A stretch of DNA of 64,000 bases from Candidatus Doudnabacteria bacterium (GTDB taxonomy: Bacteria; Patescibacteriota; Doudnabacteria; UBA920; O2-02-FULL-48-8). Every line of letters begins with the position of its first letter. Position 1 is the first letter of the stretch. Below are positions 29,701-39,756 of the stretch, piece after piece. Below the pieces are notes generated by a model that saw only the letters and a program-made list of their open reading frames with translations, was not told the DNA's origin and ran no database searches. The position numbers and the translations under genes are program-made. The stretch spans positions 179,822-243,821 of the forward strand of contig JBBCGO010000001.1 in the NCBI GenBank assembly GCA_037200925.1, in the 5' to 3' direction.

Positions 29701-30933
29701 TTACTCATACCGCAACGCTTCTATCGGACTTAATTTCGAAGCCTTGTTCGCAGGGTAAATCCCGAAGCCTAGGCCGAATAAAGCTGAGACGCCGACAGCC
29801 AGCAGGATGCCGTAAACTGGCACGGTCGGGCTCCAATTCCCGATCTTGGCAATAGCGATCGAGCCCAGGAATCCCAAAACCACGCCGATGATCCCGCCGA
29901 TAATGGTCAGGGTGACCGCTTCAAACAAAAACTGCTGCAAAATATCTTTGCGCTTGGCGCCGATGGCTTTGCGCAGGCCGATCTCCCTGGTGCGTTCCGT
30001 GACCGAAACCAGCATGATATTCATGATGCCGATCCCGCCGACGACCAAAGAAATGCCGGCAATAGCCCCTAAGAACAGGGTCAGAGCAGAAGTAATGGTG
30101 CTCAAAAGAGTCAGCGCATCCTGCTGGTTGCGGATTGTGAAGTCATCCTTGTTCGGGTCTGTGATGTGATGGTTGCTGCGCAAAACTTTCGTCACTTCAT
30201 CCTCTGCTGCGGGAAGCGAGGATGCGTCTTTGACCTGGATTTGGATCAGGCTGTAATAGTTGATGCCTAAAATAATTTTTTGCGCGGTGGATACGGGCAC
30301 GGTGACCTGGCTGTCCTGATCCACTCCTCCCGGCCCGAGACCTTTTGGTTCAGCCACTCCGATGACGCGGAAGCTTAACTGTTTGATCTTTATCAGCTGG
30401 CCAATAGGATCCTGGTTGCCGAACAGATCGTCTTTGATGGTTGCGCCCAGGATAGCCACCTGCCCGAACCCGTCCACTTCCGACTTGGTAAACCACTCAC
30501 CTTCACTCAGCGTGATTTGCCTGACAATGCCGAAATTTTCATCCTCTCCCGCCACCGCTGCCGTTTCATCCTGATTTCCAAAACCTACATCAAACTGGCC
30601 ACGGACTTCGGGACTGACGTATTGCAGGTGGGGAGCCAGGTCTTTGTTTTGCAGAGCTTTCACATCCTCAGACGTAAGACTGGTGACTGTTGCCCCGGAA
30701 GCCTGCGCCGGAGCTGAAAATTGGCTTTTGCCGCTGCCTCCGGGAATGACAAACAACAAATTCGAGCCAATGCCTTCAACCTGATTGATGATCAGGGATT
30801 TGGCGCCGTTGCCGGCTGAGATCAGAATTATCACTGCTGTAATACCGATAATTATGCCGAGCATTGTCAAAAACGTCCTGGTCTTGTTCAGAAGCAGTGC
30901 CTTGAACGACATCTTTATGGTTTGCAGCATCAT
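29701..30933 (-). CDS. ABC transporter permease, MacB/FtsX family
   Basis: 410 aa; N-terminal TM, large MacB-type periplasmic domain, C-terminal FtsX 3-TM bundle. Confidence 0.85.
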   Translation of the reverse strand: MMLQTIKMSFKALLLNKTRTFLTMLGIIIGITAVIILISAGNGAKSLIINQVEGIGSNLLFVIPGGSGKSQFSAPAQASGATVTSLTSEDVKALQNKDLAPHLQYVSPEVRGQFDVGFGNQDETAAVAGEDENFGIVRQITLSEGEWFTKSEVDGFGQVAILGATIKDDLFGNQDPIGQLIKIKQLSFRVIGVAEPKGLGPGGVDQDSQVTVPVSTAQKIILGINYYSLIQIQVKDASSLPAAEDEVTKVLRSNHHITDPNKDDFTIRNQQDALTLLSTITSALTLFLGAIAGISLVVGGIGIMNIMLVSVTERTREIGLRKAIGAKRKDILQQFLFEAVTLTIIGGIIGVVLGFLGSIAIAKIGNWSPTVPVYGILLAVGVSALFGLGFGIYPANKASKLSPIEALRYE

Positions 30934-31619
30934 GACCGTTTTTTATCCTCAACTATTGCGCCGTCTTTGAGCCTGATCACGCGTTTGGCATAATCCGCAA
31001 TATCTTCCTCGTGGGTCACGAAGATCAAACTATGGCCCTCTTTGTTCAATTTGTTGAATAACATCATTATCTCCAAAGATGATTTGGAATCCAAATTTCC
31101 CGTCGGTTCATCCGCGAAGATCACCTTAGGATTATTGATGAGCGCGCGGGCGATGGCCACTCGCTGCTGCTGCCCGCCTGACAGTTCCGAAGGATGATGA
31201 CCGACCCGTTCCGACAGACCCACGGCAGCCAGCATTTTCAAGCCTGCCTCTTTCATCTCAGCGTCAGACCGTTTGTTCTCATAAAGCATGGGTAAGATGA
31301 CATTGTCCAGAGAACTTGTGCGCGGCAGCAGGTTGAACGCCTGGAACACAAATCCGATCTCCTGATTCCTGATGTCAGCCAGATCGTTATCCGAAAGAGA
31401 AGTAACATCTTTATTTTCAAAAATATACTTACCCGAACTGGGCCGGTCCAAAAAACCCATGACATGCATGAGCGTGGATTTTCCCGAGCCGGACGGACCC
31501 ATGATCGCAACGAATTCCCCCTGCTCAATGGTCAGGTTGATGTGGTTTATAGCGGCAACTTCATTATCCGAGCCGGGATAATAAACTTTCTGCAGATTTT
31601 CCAGTTTTATCAGGGACAT
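30930..31619 (-). CDS. ABC transporter ATP-binding protein (MacB/LolD-type)
   Basis: GPSGSGKST Walker [16 protein letters not shown] signature, [11 protein letters not shown] Walker B. Confidence 0.9.
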   Translation of the reverse strand: MSLIKLENLQKVYYPGSDNEVAAINHINLTIEQGEFVAIMGPSGSGKSTLMHVMGFLDRPSSGKYIFENKDVTSLSDNDLADIRNQEIGFVFQAFNLLPRTSSLDNVILPMLYENKRSDAEMKEAGLKMLAAVGLSERVGHHPSELSGGQQQRVAIARALINNPKVIFADEPTGNLDSKSSLEIMMLFNKLNKEGHSLIFVTHEEDIADYAKRVIRLKDGAIVEDKKRS

Positions 31620-31620
31620 T

Positions 31621-33117
31621 TTATTTGCTCACGACAACTACAGTATCGCCCTCGGACAAGCCGGAAATCACTTCCGAATAATTATCCCCGACCAGTCCGG
31701 TCTGGATCTCAATATCCTGCGGTTTGGAATTTTTCAGGACTGTCACGATCTTTTTATCGCCGTTGGTGTTTATCAGCCGGTTCGGAATAGCCAAAGTGTC
31801 GCTCTTTTCCGCAATTAGAATGCTTAAATTCACAGTCATGCCCGGTTTGATGCTCGGATCAACAGGCAATGATGAGATGACCCGGAACTCTATCACGCCT
31901 GAATCCACGATGGAGGCGGGATCAATAGATATAACTTGCCCGGTTAAATGCTTATCAGGTCCAAATGCGTCCAGGGTCATATCAATGCTCTGATCGGGCT
32001 GGACCAGATCTATAGACGATTCGGGAATATCTGATTCCACATGCAAAGAATTCTCATCCAGCAGAACGATAGCTTCTTTCAAAGCCGTGACCTGTTCTCC
32101 AAGTTTGATATCAACTGAGGTGATTTGCCCTGATATCGGCGCGCTGATGATATTATTCGAATAAGTATTGCGTGCGATCTGAAGAGAAGCTTGGGCTTGA
32201 GCCAGGCTTGCTTGCGCTGCATTCACATCCTCGGGACGGGCCTGAGCTTTTTTCTGATCAAGCGCAGCCTGGGCGGTTTTAACCGCCGAATCTGCAGAAG
32301 ACACAGCCGAACTTTGCGTCTGAAGTGCAGACTGGTAAGCGTTGGAGTTCGCTGTGTAATTTGCCGCTTGAGTGTTGGGAATTTGCACAGTCCATATTGT
32401 TGAACTGGATATGGTGCCGGAGGCGCCAAAAGTTATGAACAGCCCCTTGCCGATAGGCTGCGGGACTCCGCGGGAAATAAGCCCGCTGTCGGCGCCAAGC
32501 CCCGAAACATTGTAATATTGCCCGCTGGGTACATCAGATACGGCAATTGTAAAACTTCCTTCCTGGGGGCCTTCGTAACTGCCGCTTATTGCGGCTTGCA
32601 CCGTTGAAGTGGAATCGGATGGAGTTGCGGCAGGTGTGGAATTAAGCAAAGCTGAAAAAGCATTTGCAACTGATGTTGCCTGCTGCTGAACTGTATTGGT
32701 ATAAGAAGCCTTGGCATTATCAAGCGCCACTTGAGCCACGTTGATATCGGGGCTGGATGCTCCACTTATTACTTTGTCCAAATTTGCCTGAGCCGACAAA
32801 ACTTGGGCATTGGCCTGGGCAATTGAAGCGGATGCGTCTTTTTCGTCGAGCATGGCCAATGTCTGTCCGGATCTGACCTTATCTCCGACCTTAACATTGA
32901 TTTGGGTTAAAATACCCGTGCCTTTGAACCCTAGACTTAAATTTGACTGCGAAGTAACCGTACCGGTTGAAATTACGGTTTCTTTTACGTCCTGTTTTGC
33001 AACCGTGTAAGACTCTTTATAAACTACGGGCTTCGGACGGAATATCAAATACCCAATGAATACTGCGGCGAGTATGACAATGGTCCAGATGATGTATTTT
33101 TTGGTAAAAAATCTCAT
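31621..33117 (-). CDS. Efflux periplasmic adaptor (HlyD/MacA-like membrane fusion protein) with extended low-complexity linker
   Basis: 498 aa; N-terminal TM, biotinyl-lipoyl-like hairpins (GQTLAMLD...), long S/A/Q-rich middle, C-terminal beta-barrel. Confidence 0.75.
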   Translation of the reverse strand: MRFFTKKYIIWTIVILAAVFIGYLIFRPKPVVYKESYTVAKQDVKETVISTGTVTSQSNLSLGFKGTGILTQINVKVGDKVRSGQTLAMLDEKDASASIAQANAQVLSAQANLDKVISGASSPDINVAQVALDNAKASYTNTVQQQATSVANAFSALLNSTPAATPSDSTSTVQAAISGSYEGPQEGSFTIAVSDVPSGQYYNVSGLGADSGLISRGVPQPIGKGLFITFGASGTISSSTIWTVQIPNTQAANYTANSNAYQSALQTQSSAVSSADSAVKTAQAALDQKKAQARPEDVNAAQASLAQAQASLQIARNTYSNNIISAPISGQITSVDIKLGEQVTALKEAIVLLDENSLHVESDIPESSIDLVQPDQSIDMTLDAFGPDKHLTGQVISIDPASIVDSGVIEFRVISSLPVDPSIKPGMTVNLSILIAEKSDTLAIPNRLINTNGDKKIVTVLKNSKPQDIEIQTGLVGDNYSEVISGLSEGDTVVVVSK

Positions 33118-33533
33118 AAATTAAATTTATTATATAGCTTTTCTATGATCCTGATAAGAGTTGCCCTTTCAACCGAGGTCAGATCAGCCAAAGCTGCACG
33201 GATCTTTTTCTTAAAAAATTGAGACCCGTTCTTTAATAATATCTGTCCTTTTTTTGTCAATTTCAGCTGCACGATCCTGCGGTCATTGCGCACCGCTGAT
33301 CGGGCTATCAACCCTGATTTTACCATACCCTCGATCAATGAGGTAGCGGAAGGAGGGGTAACCCCGAACAGGTCCGCTATGTCTTTCATCACAGTCGGAT
33401 GATTGTTCGAGATAAAATGCAGGACGCGCAAATGCAGAGGCGAATATGAAAAGCGGTGCTTGGGAACGTCATGTCCCAGCTTCTTTGCTTCAAACATCAG
33501 GTTGATTATCTGGTCGGTCTGGCTATCCGGCAT
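33114..33533 (-). CDS. MarR-family transcriptional regulator
   Basis: 139 aa winged HTH (LRVLHFISNNHPTVMKDIADLFGVTPPSATSLIEGMVKSGLI). Confidence 0.8.
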   Translation of the reverse strand: MPDSQTDQIINLMFEAKKLGHDVPKHRFSYSPLHLRVLHFISNNHPTVMKDIADLFGVTPPSATSLIEGMVKSGLIARSAVRNDRRIVQLKLTKKGQILLKNGSQFFKKKIRAALADLTSVERATLIRIIEKLYNKFNL

Positions 33534-33667
33534 ATATAGTTAGGTAGTCTAAATATTAACTAGTCTAAGTATATAAGCTATAGCTGATTTTGTCAAGGAT
33601 AAATCAAAAAAACACTGATCTTAAAATCGGTGCTTTGATTACTCAAACAATCTTTTAAAAGTTTCTT

Positions 33668-33742
33668 TGGCTGGGGAGGAAGGATTCGGACCTTCGAATG
33701 TCGCCTCCAAAGGGCGATGCCTTACCGCTTGGCTACTCCCCA
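33668..33742 (-). tRNA. tRNA-Gln (TTG)
   Basis: Minus-strand TGGGGAGTAGCCAAGCGGTAAGGCA-TCGCC-CTTTGGA-GGCGA...GAAGGTCCGAATCCTTC-CTCCCCA-G-CCA; U1:A72 and G73 fit glutamine identity. T-loop has C at position 55 (unusual). Confidence 0.6.
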
Positions 33743-33793
33743 ACATGAACTTAACCCATAAAATATAACAGTTTATACGGGTTTACTCAAACC

Positions 33794-35278
33794 TTATTCT
33801 ATTTCGCCGCCCAGGATCTTCAGCGCTGATTCAACTGTTTCATTCGGCTGCCCTTCGCTTGCAGCTTTAGGCCAGTCTTTGGCTATTACAGGCCTGACCA
33901 TAAGTTTTACGCCTGTCACTTCTTCAATTACCTGGTCTACGATTATCCGGTTCTTCCGTGCTTCAATCGCATCCTTGTGGAATTTGTAGGGAAAAACCAG
34001 GATCAGTTCCTTGCCTTCAATAGCCGTGGGCACGGCAAGGTTCAAGCTTGAGATGAGGGAATGGTTGTAATCCTTGATCTTATCTAAAATTTGCGGCCAG
34101 CTTGCAATGACTTTTGATAATAACTCCCCCGCATTATCTGGAGCGTTTTCATCCCCTCTTACATTAAGAGGAGTTGGCGCGATAGCGCCAGTGGAGTTAC
34201 TCTCCCAGGTCGCTTCAACCGCAGCCAGTTCCAAAGGCAGGCTTTGCACCACAGTCCATTTGATCTCTCCTTCCGCTTTCTGGAAGATATGGATGATCTT
34301 CGTTAAACGCGGTAAGGCAAGCGCTTCAGCTTGGCGCTTCAAAATTTCCTGCACGTCCTTTGTGAACCCAAAGTCAGAAATAGTGCCCACTTTTATCAGC
34401 AGGATTTTCCGCAGATATTCCAAAAAATCTTTTTCAAACTGGAAAAGATCGCGGCCGGCATACATCAGATCACTGATAAATCCGACGGCTTCCTGGGTTT
34501 TATTCTCAATGATCAGGTTCAGAAATTTGCTGGTCGTTCGAACTCCGGTCAGACCCAAAACCTGCTCAACCAGCTCTTCAGTAACCTCTCCTTCCGCATA
34601 ATTGATGACCTGGTCCAGAAGCGACAAACCGTCCCGGAAACTGCCGTCTGCGGCGGTTGCGATCTCCATCAGAGCGCCTTCAGAAATGACGATTTTATTA
34701 TCTTCTCCCACATATTTTAGGAGCCTGGTCAGATCCGCCACGCTGACCTTTTTAAAGTCAAACCGCTGCGTACGGGAAATTATGGTAGCCGGTACTTTGT
34801 TGATCTCAGTTGTGGCCAAAATAAACACGGCATGTTTGGGAGGCTCTTCCAAAGTCTTGAGCAAGGCGTTAAATGCGCCTTTGGACAGCATATGGACTTC
34901 GTCTATAATGATAACTTTGTAAGTGGCTTTGGTCGGCGCAAACTGCAAATGTTCTATCAGTTCGCGGATATTGTCCACGCCGGTATGGGACGCAGCATCG
35001 ATCTCCAGCAAATCCAGGCTGGTGGCTTCAAAAAACGATTTGCACACATCGCATTGGTTGCAAGGTTCGCTTCCTTGGCGGTTCGTGCAATTGATGGCCC
35101 GCGCAAAAATCCGGGCCAATGTAGTTTTGCCCACGCCCCTAGGACCCGTGAACAGATAGGCGTGTCCCACGCGGTTGTTAGCCACGGCATTGGCAAGGGT
35201 GGATTTGATGTGCTCTTGATTTACGACAGAAGCGAAATTGAGCGGGCGATATTTACGATATAAAACTAAATTAGACAT
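33794..35278 (-). CDS. dnaX: DNA polymerase III gamma/tau subunit
   Basis: GPRGVGKTT Walker A, zinc module CNQCDVC, SRT sensor. Confidence 0.9.
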   Translation of the reverse strand: MSNLVLYRKYRPLNFASVVNQEHIKSTLANAVANNRVGHAYLFTGPRGVGKTTLARIFARAINCTNRQGSEPCNQCDVCKSFFEATSLDLLEIDAASHTGVDNIRELIEHLQFAPTKATYKVIIIDEVHMLSKGAFNALLKTLEEPPKHAVFILATTEINKVPATIISRTQRFDFKKVSVADLTRLLKYVGEDNKIVISEGALMEIATAADGSFRDGLSLLDQVINYAEGEVTEELVEQVLGLTGVRTTSKFLNLIIENKTQEAVGFISDLMYAGRDLFQFEKDFLEYLRKILLIKVGTISDFGFTKDVQEILKRQAEALALPRLTKIIHIFQKAEGEIKWTVVQSLPLELAAVEATWESNSTGAIAPTPLNVRGDENAPDNAGELLSKVIASWPQILDKIKDYNHSLISSLNLAVPTAIEGKELILVFPYKFHKDAIEARKNRIIVDQVIEEVTGVKLMVRPVIAKDWPKAASEGQPNETVESALKILGGEIE

Positions 35279-35346
35279 ATATTTGGCTCCTTATTTTACC
35301 ATAAAACAAAAACAGACCAAAATGGTCTGCTCAACTCAAAATTTAA

Positions 35347-35781
35347 CTATTTTTTGAAAACAAAAAGCTTATAGCCGATGAAATTCCAGATGAGGCTGAT
35401 GCCGGTCGCGGCTAGTGCCGCAACGTTCAGCCAAAGATGCTGCGACAGACCGAACATGGGAGAAATATGGGTTGTGATCAGGTAAACCGTGCCGGAGTTG
35501 ATTCCGGCGCCAATGATGCTGACTATCAAAAACAGGCTGAACTTGCGCCCGGTATCGGTATGGGTTTGATCTTTAAAAGACCAGCGCTTGTTCCAGATAT
35601 AGCTGTTGGTCGTGGCCACGGCAAAAGCCACAACAGCCAAGGGAATGATCTTGCCGCCGCTTGTTATGCCGGTTATCGCCGACAAAATATTTAAAATAAT
35701 AAAATTGATCGCGGTATTGATGACTCCGACCACGACAAACTTCAAAAATTGATTGATCGTTGATTTGTATTTCTCGTACAT
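35347..35781 (-). CDS. GtrA-family membrane protein (polysaccharide synthesis-associated)
   Basis: 144 aa, 4 TM; FLKFVVVGVINTAINFIILN start and C-terminal YKLFVFKK typical of GtrA-like proteins. Confidence 0.7.
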   Translation of the reverse strand: MYEKYKSTINQFLKFVVVGVINTAINFIILNILSAITGITSGGKIIPLAVVAFAVATTNSYIWNKRWSFKDQTHTDTGRKFSLFLIVSIIGAGINSGTVYLITTHISPMFGLSQHLWLNVAALAATGISLIWNFIGYKLFVFKK

Positions 35782-35801
35782 GTTTTTGCAACACCCCAGC
35801 C

Positions 35802-36404
35802 TCAGATCTCGTCAAGCTCTGTTTCATCAGAAGCATCTGCCCGTGTCAGCGGTGCCAAAGACTGCCCAGCCTGGTCTTTTTTGATGACATTCTCAACCGC
35901 GCCCCAGTTCGCATCCCGGTCCTTGGGCAATACTATTGTCACCTGGTCTCCGGGCTCCGCCTTAAAGTAAGTCAGACTGGCCAGGAGGACTTTGAAAGGT
36001 TTGCCTTCAGCCACGACCTTATATTCGCCTTTTTCATCCTGGACCAAAACGCCCAAAATTTTGCGCCGTTCGATGGGCCCGATCTGTTTGTAGATGAACG
36101 AGCCGTCATCCGCAATGGTCAGTTTCAGCACATCGCCTTCCACCAGTTTACTTTTTGACGCATAATTTGCCGGCACCGGATACTGCTTGCCGTCAGGCCC
36201 GATCATATTTTGGCCGTCAAACATGCCCTCTACGACCTTGCCGCCGTCGGAAACATTCAGAACTTGCGCTCTTTTCATGATATCGGAAGAAACTTCAGCC
36301 TTGCCTCCCATCATTTCACGCAATAAAGCGCGGGCCGACTGAATATTCTTTTCAGCTGACTCGATCATCTGGGCAACAAGTGCAAGATTAGAAAGATTGT
36401 CCAT
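35802..36404 (-). CDS. Hypothetical protein (200 aa)
   Basis: Clean ORF with helical N-terminus and a beta-rich body; no family recognised. Confidence 0.45.
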   Translation of the reverse strand: MDNLSNLALVAQMIESAEKNIQSARALLREMMGGKAEVSSDIMKRAQVLNVSDGGKVVEGMFDGQNMIGPDGKQYPVPANYASKSKLVEGDVLKLTIADDGSFIYKQIGPIERRKILGVLVQDEKGEYKVVAEGKPFKVLLASLTYFKAEPGDQVTIVLPKDRDANWGAVENVIKKDQAGQSLAPLTRADASDETELDEI

Positions 36405-36559
36405 ATTCGTTTTAATTTCTGAGGCTGGGTATAAGATTACCTGGCAATTTTAACGATTTATCCACAGCCTGTCAAGGTTGATTTTCCCGAAAGTTTATAC
36501 GATTTAAAGTTGTTTTTGGTTTCCTAAACGCTCTAAAAACAAATATATTATAGCAGACT

Positions 36560-36757
36560 CTATTTATCGTCTGCAAGCAGGGTTTTTACCCAGGCGATAA
36601 AGACCTGTAATGCCTGCTGGAAATTATTGTCGTGCGGATTTTCCAGCATTTCAATGCCCTGATCGTAGTGCTCGTCTTTTACTTCAGGGACCTCAAGCTT
36701 TTTTTCTACAGGCTGTTCGCGCTCCAGTTCGGTTTCCAATTTTTCCGGAGTGTTCAT
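36560..36757 (-). CDS. Hypothetical acidic small protein (65 aa)
   Basis: 4-nt ATGA overlap with the upstream 138-aa ORF suggests translational coupling. Confidence 0.35.
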   Translation of the reverse strand: MNTPEKLETELEREQPVEKKLEVPEVKDEHYDQGIEMLENPHDNNFQQALQVFIAWVKTLLADDK

Positions 36758-37170
36758 ATTTTATCTTTTTCCAAAAATTGATTGAATTTGGGAAAATCTT
36801 TACGCAGATCCTCGGCTTTTATCTCTTCGCGGATAGCTTCCTGGAGGATTTCCAGGGCCATCTTCGTATCCTGCGGCAGAATATCAGCTACAAATTCCCG
36901 GACCTTCTCTTCCAGCTGTTTGCGCTGGGAGATTTGAATGCCGAATTGGATCCGCTCTTCCAGCTGGAACAGTTCGTCAAAATCGGAAGACAGATCCTTG
37001 ATCAGCCGCAAAAAATCCTGTTCTGTGTCGATCAGATTGATGTTATCAACGACTTTCTGGGCAATTTCGGCAGCCCGGCTAAGGCTGATCTTCCGGATGC
37101 GCAGTTCCTCTGCCAAAAAATAGCACACTGATTTGGCATATTCATTTTTCTTTTCGGCAGCTGTGGTCAT
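36754..37170 (-). CDS. Hypothetical helical protein (138 aa)
   Basis: Lies 11 nt downstream of the coupling-protein-like ATPase gene on the same strand. Confidence 0.45.
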   Translation of the reverse strand: MTTAAEKKNEYAKSVCYFLAEELRIRKISLSRAAEIAQKVVDNINLIDTEQDFLRLIKDLSSDFDELFQLEERIQFGIQISQRKQLEEKVREFVADILPQDTKMALEILQEAIREEIKAEDLRKDFPKFNQFLEKDKI

Positions 37171-37181
37171 TAAATAAATAC

Positions 37182-39722
37182 TTACGCTGTTTTTTCAACC
37201 ACGGCAGGACCCGCGGCCAGCGGCGAACCGAGTTTGGTCCGTTCCAGGATCTCAGCTTCAATTTCGCTCCGGGCGCGGCCAAACTTCAAGCGCGACAAAT
37301 TCCGGATAACCGCCGCAACCGTCAGATCAGCGCCCGGCGGTTTTGGATAAGTTTCCATATTGAACGGACGGGACGCGGTCCCATGGATCATAAGCTTGAC
37401 GTAAGCGTTGTACCGGTCGATATTTATCACATCAAATTCGTTAAAAACAGGCGCAAATTCCTTGGCCATGATCTCCGCGTCCTCAACGCCGATCCGAAAA
37501 CAGATCATGGTGCCGGTGTTGCCGAAGACGGCATTCTTCATTGAGGAATCAAGCGCAGATGAGCCTTCCTTTTCCACGGCCAGCTGGGAAATGAACTGAT
37601 GGGCCATGATCAAATTCAGCCGGTATTTTCGGGCTTCGGACAGGATCGTGGCAAAACTGTCGGTCACAAAATTTTGGAACTCATCTACATACAGATAGAA
37701 ATCCCGCCGCTGATCCTCGGGAATGTCGGCGCGCGCCAAAGCAGCCATCTGGATCTTGGAGACGATTATCAATCCCAAAAGCTTGGCATTGATCTCGCCG
37801 GTCTTGCCTTTGGACAAATTTATCAGCAGGATCTTGCCTTCATCCATGACCTTCCTCAGATCGAACGCGCTTTGCGTCTGGCCGATGATATTGCGCATCA
37901 TTTCGTTTTCCACGAACCGGCCGACTTTCGAGATCAGATAACCCAGCATTTCCGATTTGTGAAAATCGGATGTCTTAGCCATTTCTTTTTCCCAAAAGCT
38001 GCGCACGATAGGGTCTTTGACCTTGGACACTTTGTATTTCTGAAAATCCGTATCCGTGAACATGCGCGGGATGTCCGCCAGCGTGCCCGGATACTGTTTG
38101 TCTTCCATCAGGGTCAGCATGACATTGCGCATGTTATGCTCGAACATGGGACCGATCATTTCCGGCGGGAAAAGTTTCATAAAGATCGCGATCATTTCCT
38201 GCACCGCAAAATCTTTTTGCTCGGGACCTGCAACTTGCAGCATGTTCAGGCCCAGAGGGCGCTCCATATCGAACGGTTCGAACAAGATCACGTCTTCCGC
38301 CCGCTCCTTGGGGATGTACTGCAGAACATCCTCGACCAGATCGCCGTGCGGGTCAACGACGCAGACTCCCTCGCCGGCGCGGATATCCTGGATGACCATA
38401 TTTTTCAGCATCTCTGTCTTCCCTGTACCGGTGCGGCCGATTATGTACTGGTGCCGCCTGCGGTCGTCGCGCTCCAGATAAATCTTGGTTTCAATGCCGC
38501 GGTAAAAATTCCGCCCCAAAAGCACGCCTGTCGTCGGCGTATTCACCGGCGCGGGAGCTTTTTTTGCGGACAGCCATTTAATGTTCGGGGTATCCAGGAA
38601 TCTGGTCGGCAAATGCCAGAGGCTGGCCAGCTCCTCGGTATTGAGGATCATCTTCGTGTTGCGGAAAACGCGGAAAATATAATCGGTCATCACAACCGAT
38701 TGTTTTTTATTCAGGACTTTAAATCCGTTGAACGGCGGCATGGTGTATTGCATGAATGACGCCAGAATATTGCGCAGGTTTGCGTCTGCGGTCATTTGAT
38801 CAGCGGAAGATGCGACCACCCGCAGATTGAACTTAAAACCCGATTTGGACGCTTTCTCTTCAAATTTCTTGATGATCTCCTGCTGCATCGGCGTCAGCTG
38901 CAGCGGCTTGTTCATGCCGGACTGGTCCATGTAGCCCGCGTGTTCCTGCTGCTTGTTCTTGGAAGAAAACAGCTGATCGAACGCGCTTCCCAAAAGGCGG
39001 AAGAAGCCATTGAAGATCTTTGAAGCGGTTGAGGAGGTGACAATATCGGGATGGCGGCCTTGCTGGATCTGAAGCGCGTATCCGCGGGGTTTTGACTGCC
39101 AGTGCTCGGAAGCCGGGCTGATCAAAAGCTGGATGGCCGCGCCTTCCTCCGCTGATAATTTCGACAAGCTGTTCGTCAGCGAGCTCAGCGGATCGGTTTC
39201 CATGGATTTGTACGTGCGCAGGGGGAACGAATAGTTTTTCTGCAAACTCAGTTCACTGGCTGCGACAAATGATTTCGGAGAAAAAATATTATACGGCCTG
39301 ATGACGTCGATCTGGGCATCGGGATATTGCCCCTGCAGCTGCTTCTCCACGAGGTTCTGGAGTCTTTTCGGGACATTGATGTAAAACGAGATCTTTCTTT
39401 CGTGGGCAGCGATCTCAAAACTTATATATTCATTTATCCCCAAAAAATGCTTTAGGTCGCCGCCTTCGGTTGTGCCGATGGTGGCGAAGAACTGCTCCGC
39501 AATGCCAATGATGTCTTTTTCCTCTTTTTGCGCCTGCTGTTCCGGGTCGGAATTTTCCTTGGGGATCATAACTTCCAAAAATACGGAATCGAGCATCCGC
39601 GGGGCCCAGGTTTTTTTGCGCAGAGTATCCATAGCCAAAAAATACAAAAGCAGGCCGACGAGGCCCAGGATGGCTATAAGTATCAGCCAGAATAAAATTA
39701 GCGAACCGTTGAACAAACTCAT
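37182..39722 (-). CDS. Membrane-anchored VirD4/TraG/TraD-type (type IV coupling protein-like) P-loop ATPase
   Basis: 846 aa; N-terminal TM helix, ~400-aa unknown domain, Walker A IIGRTGTGKT, VVDPHGD Walker B region, YLYVDEFQNF...LIMAHQFISQL C-terminal motif of T4CP/TraG-family ATPases. Confidence 0.6.
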   Translation of the reverse strand: MSLFNGSLILFWLILIAILGLVGLLLYFLAMDTLRKKTWAPRMLDSVFLEVMIPKENSDPEQQAQKEEKDIIGIAEQFFATIGTTEGGDLKHFLGINEYISFEIAAHERKISFYINVPKRLQNLVEKQLQGQYPDAQIDVIRPYNIFSPKSFVAASELSLQKNYSFPLRTYKSMETDPLSSLTNSLSKLSAEEGAAIQLLISPASEHWQSKPRGYALQIQQGRHPDIVTSSTASKIFNGFFRLLGSAFDQLFSSKNKQQEHAGYMDQSGMNKPLQLTPMQQEIIKKFEEKASKSGFKFNLRVVASSADQMTADANLRNILASFMQYTMPPFNGFKVLNKKQSVVMTDYIFRVFRNTKMILNTEELASLWHLPTRFLDTPNIKWLSAKKAPAPVNTPTTGVLLGRNFYRGIETKIYLERDDRRRHQYIIGRTGTGKTEMLKNMVIQDIRAGEGVCVVDPHGDLVEDVLQYIPKERAEDVILFEPFDMERPLGLNMLQVAGPEQKDFAVQEMIAIFMKLFPPEMIGPMFEHNMRNVMLTLMEDKQYPGTLADIPRMFTDTDFQKYKVSKVKDPIVRSFWEKEMAKTSDFHKSEMLGYLISKVGRFVENEMMRNIIGQTQSAFDLRKVMDEGKILLINLSKGKTGEINAKLLGLIIVSKIQMAALARADIPEDQRRDFYLYVDEFQNFVTDSFATILSEARKYRLNLIMAHQFISQLAVEKEGSSALDSSMKNAVFGNTGTMICFRIGVEDAEIMAKEFAPVFNEFDVINIDRYNAYVKLMIHGTASRPFNMETYPKPPGADLTVAAVIRNLSRLKFGRARSEIEAEILERTKLGSPLAAGPAVVEKTA

Positions 39723-39756
39723 TTTTATTTTTGATTTCCTAAAATAACTTTTCGGG

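Noticed and set aside
37599-38759. 386-aa plus-strand ORF
   Set aside because: Lies entirely antisense within the well-supported 846-aa ATPase gene. Its composition (R/H/G/L-rich, low complexity) is typical of antisense frames of a GC-balanced gene, and it has no RBS.
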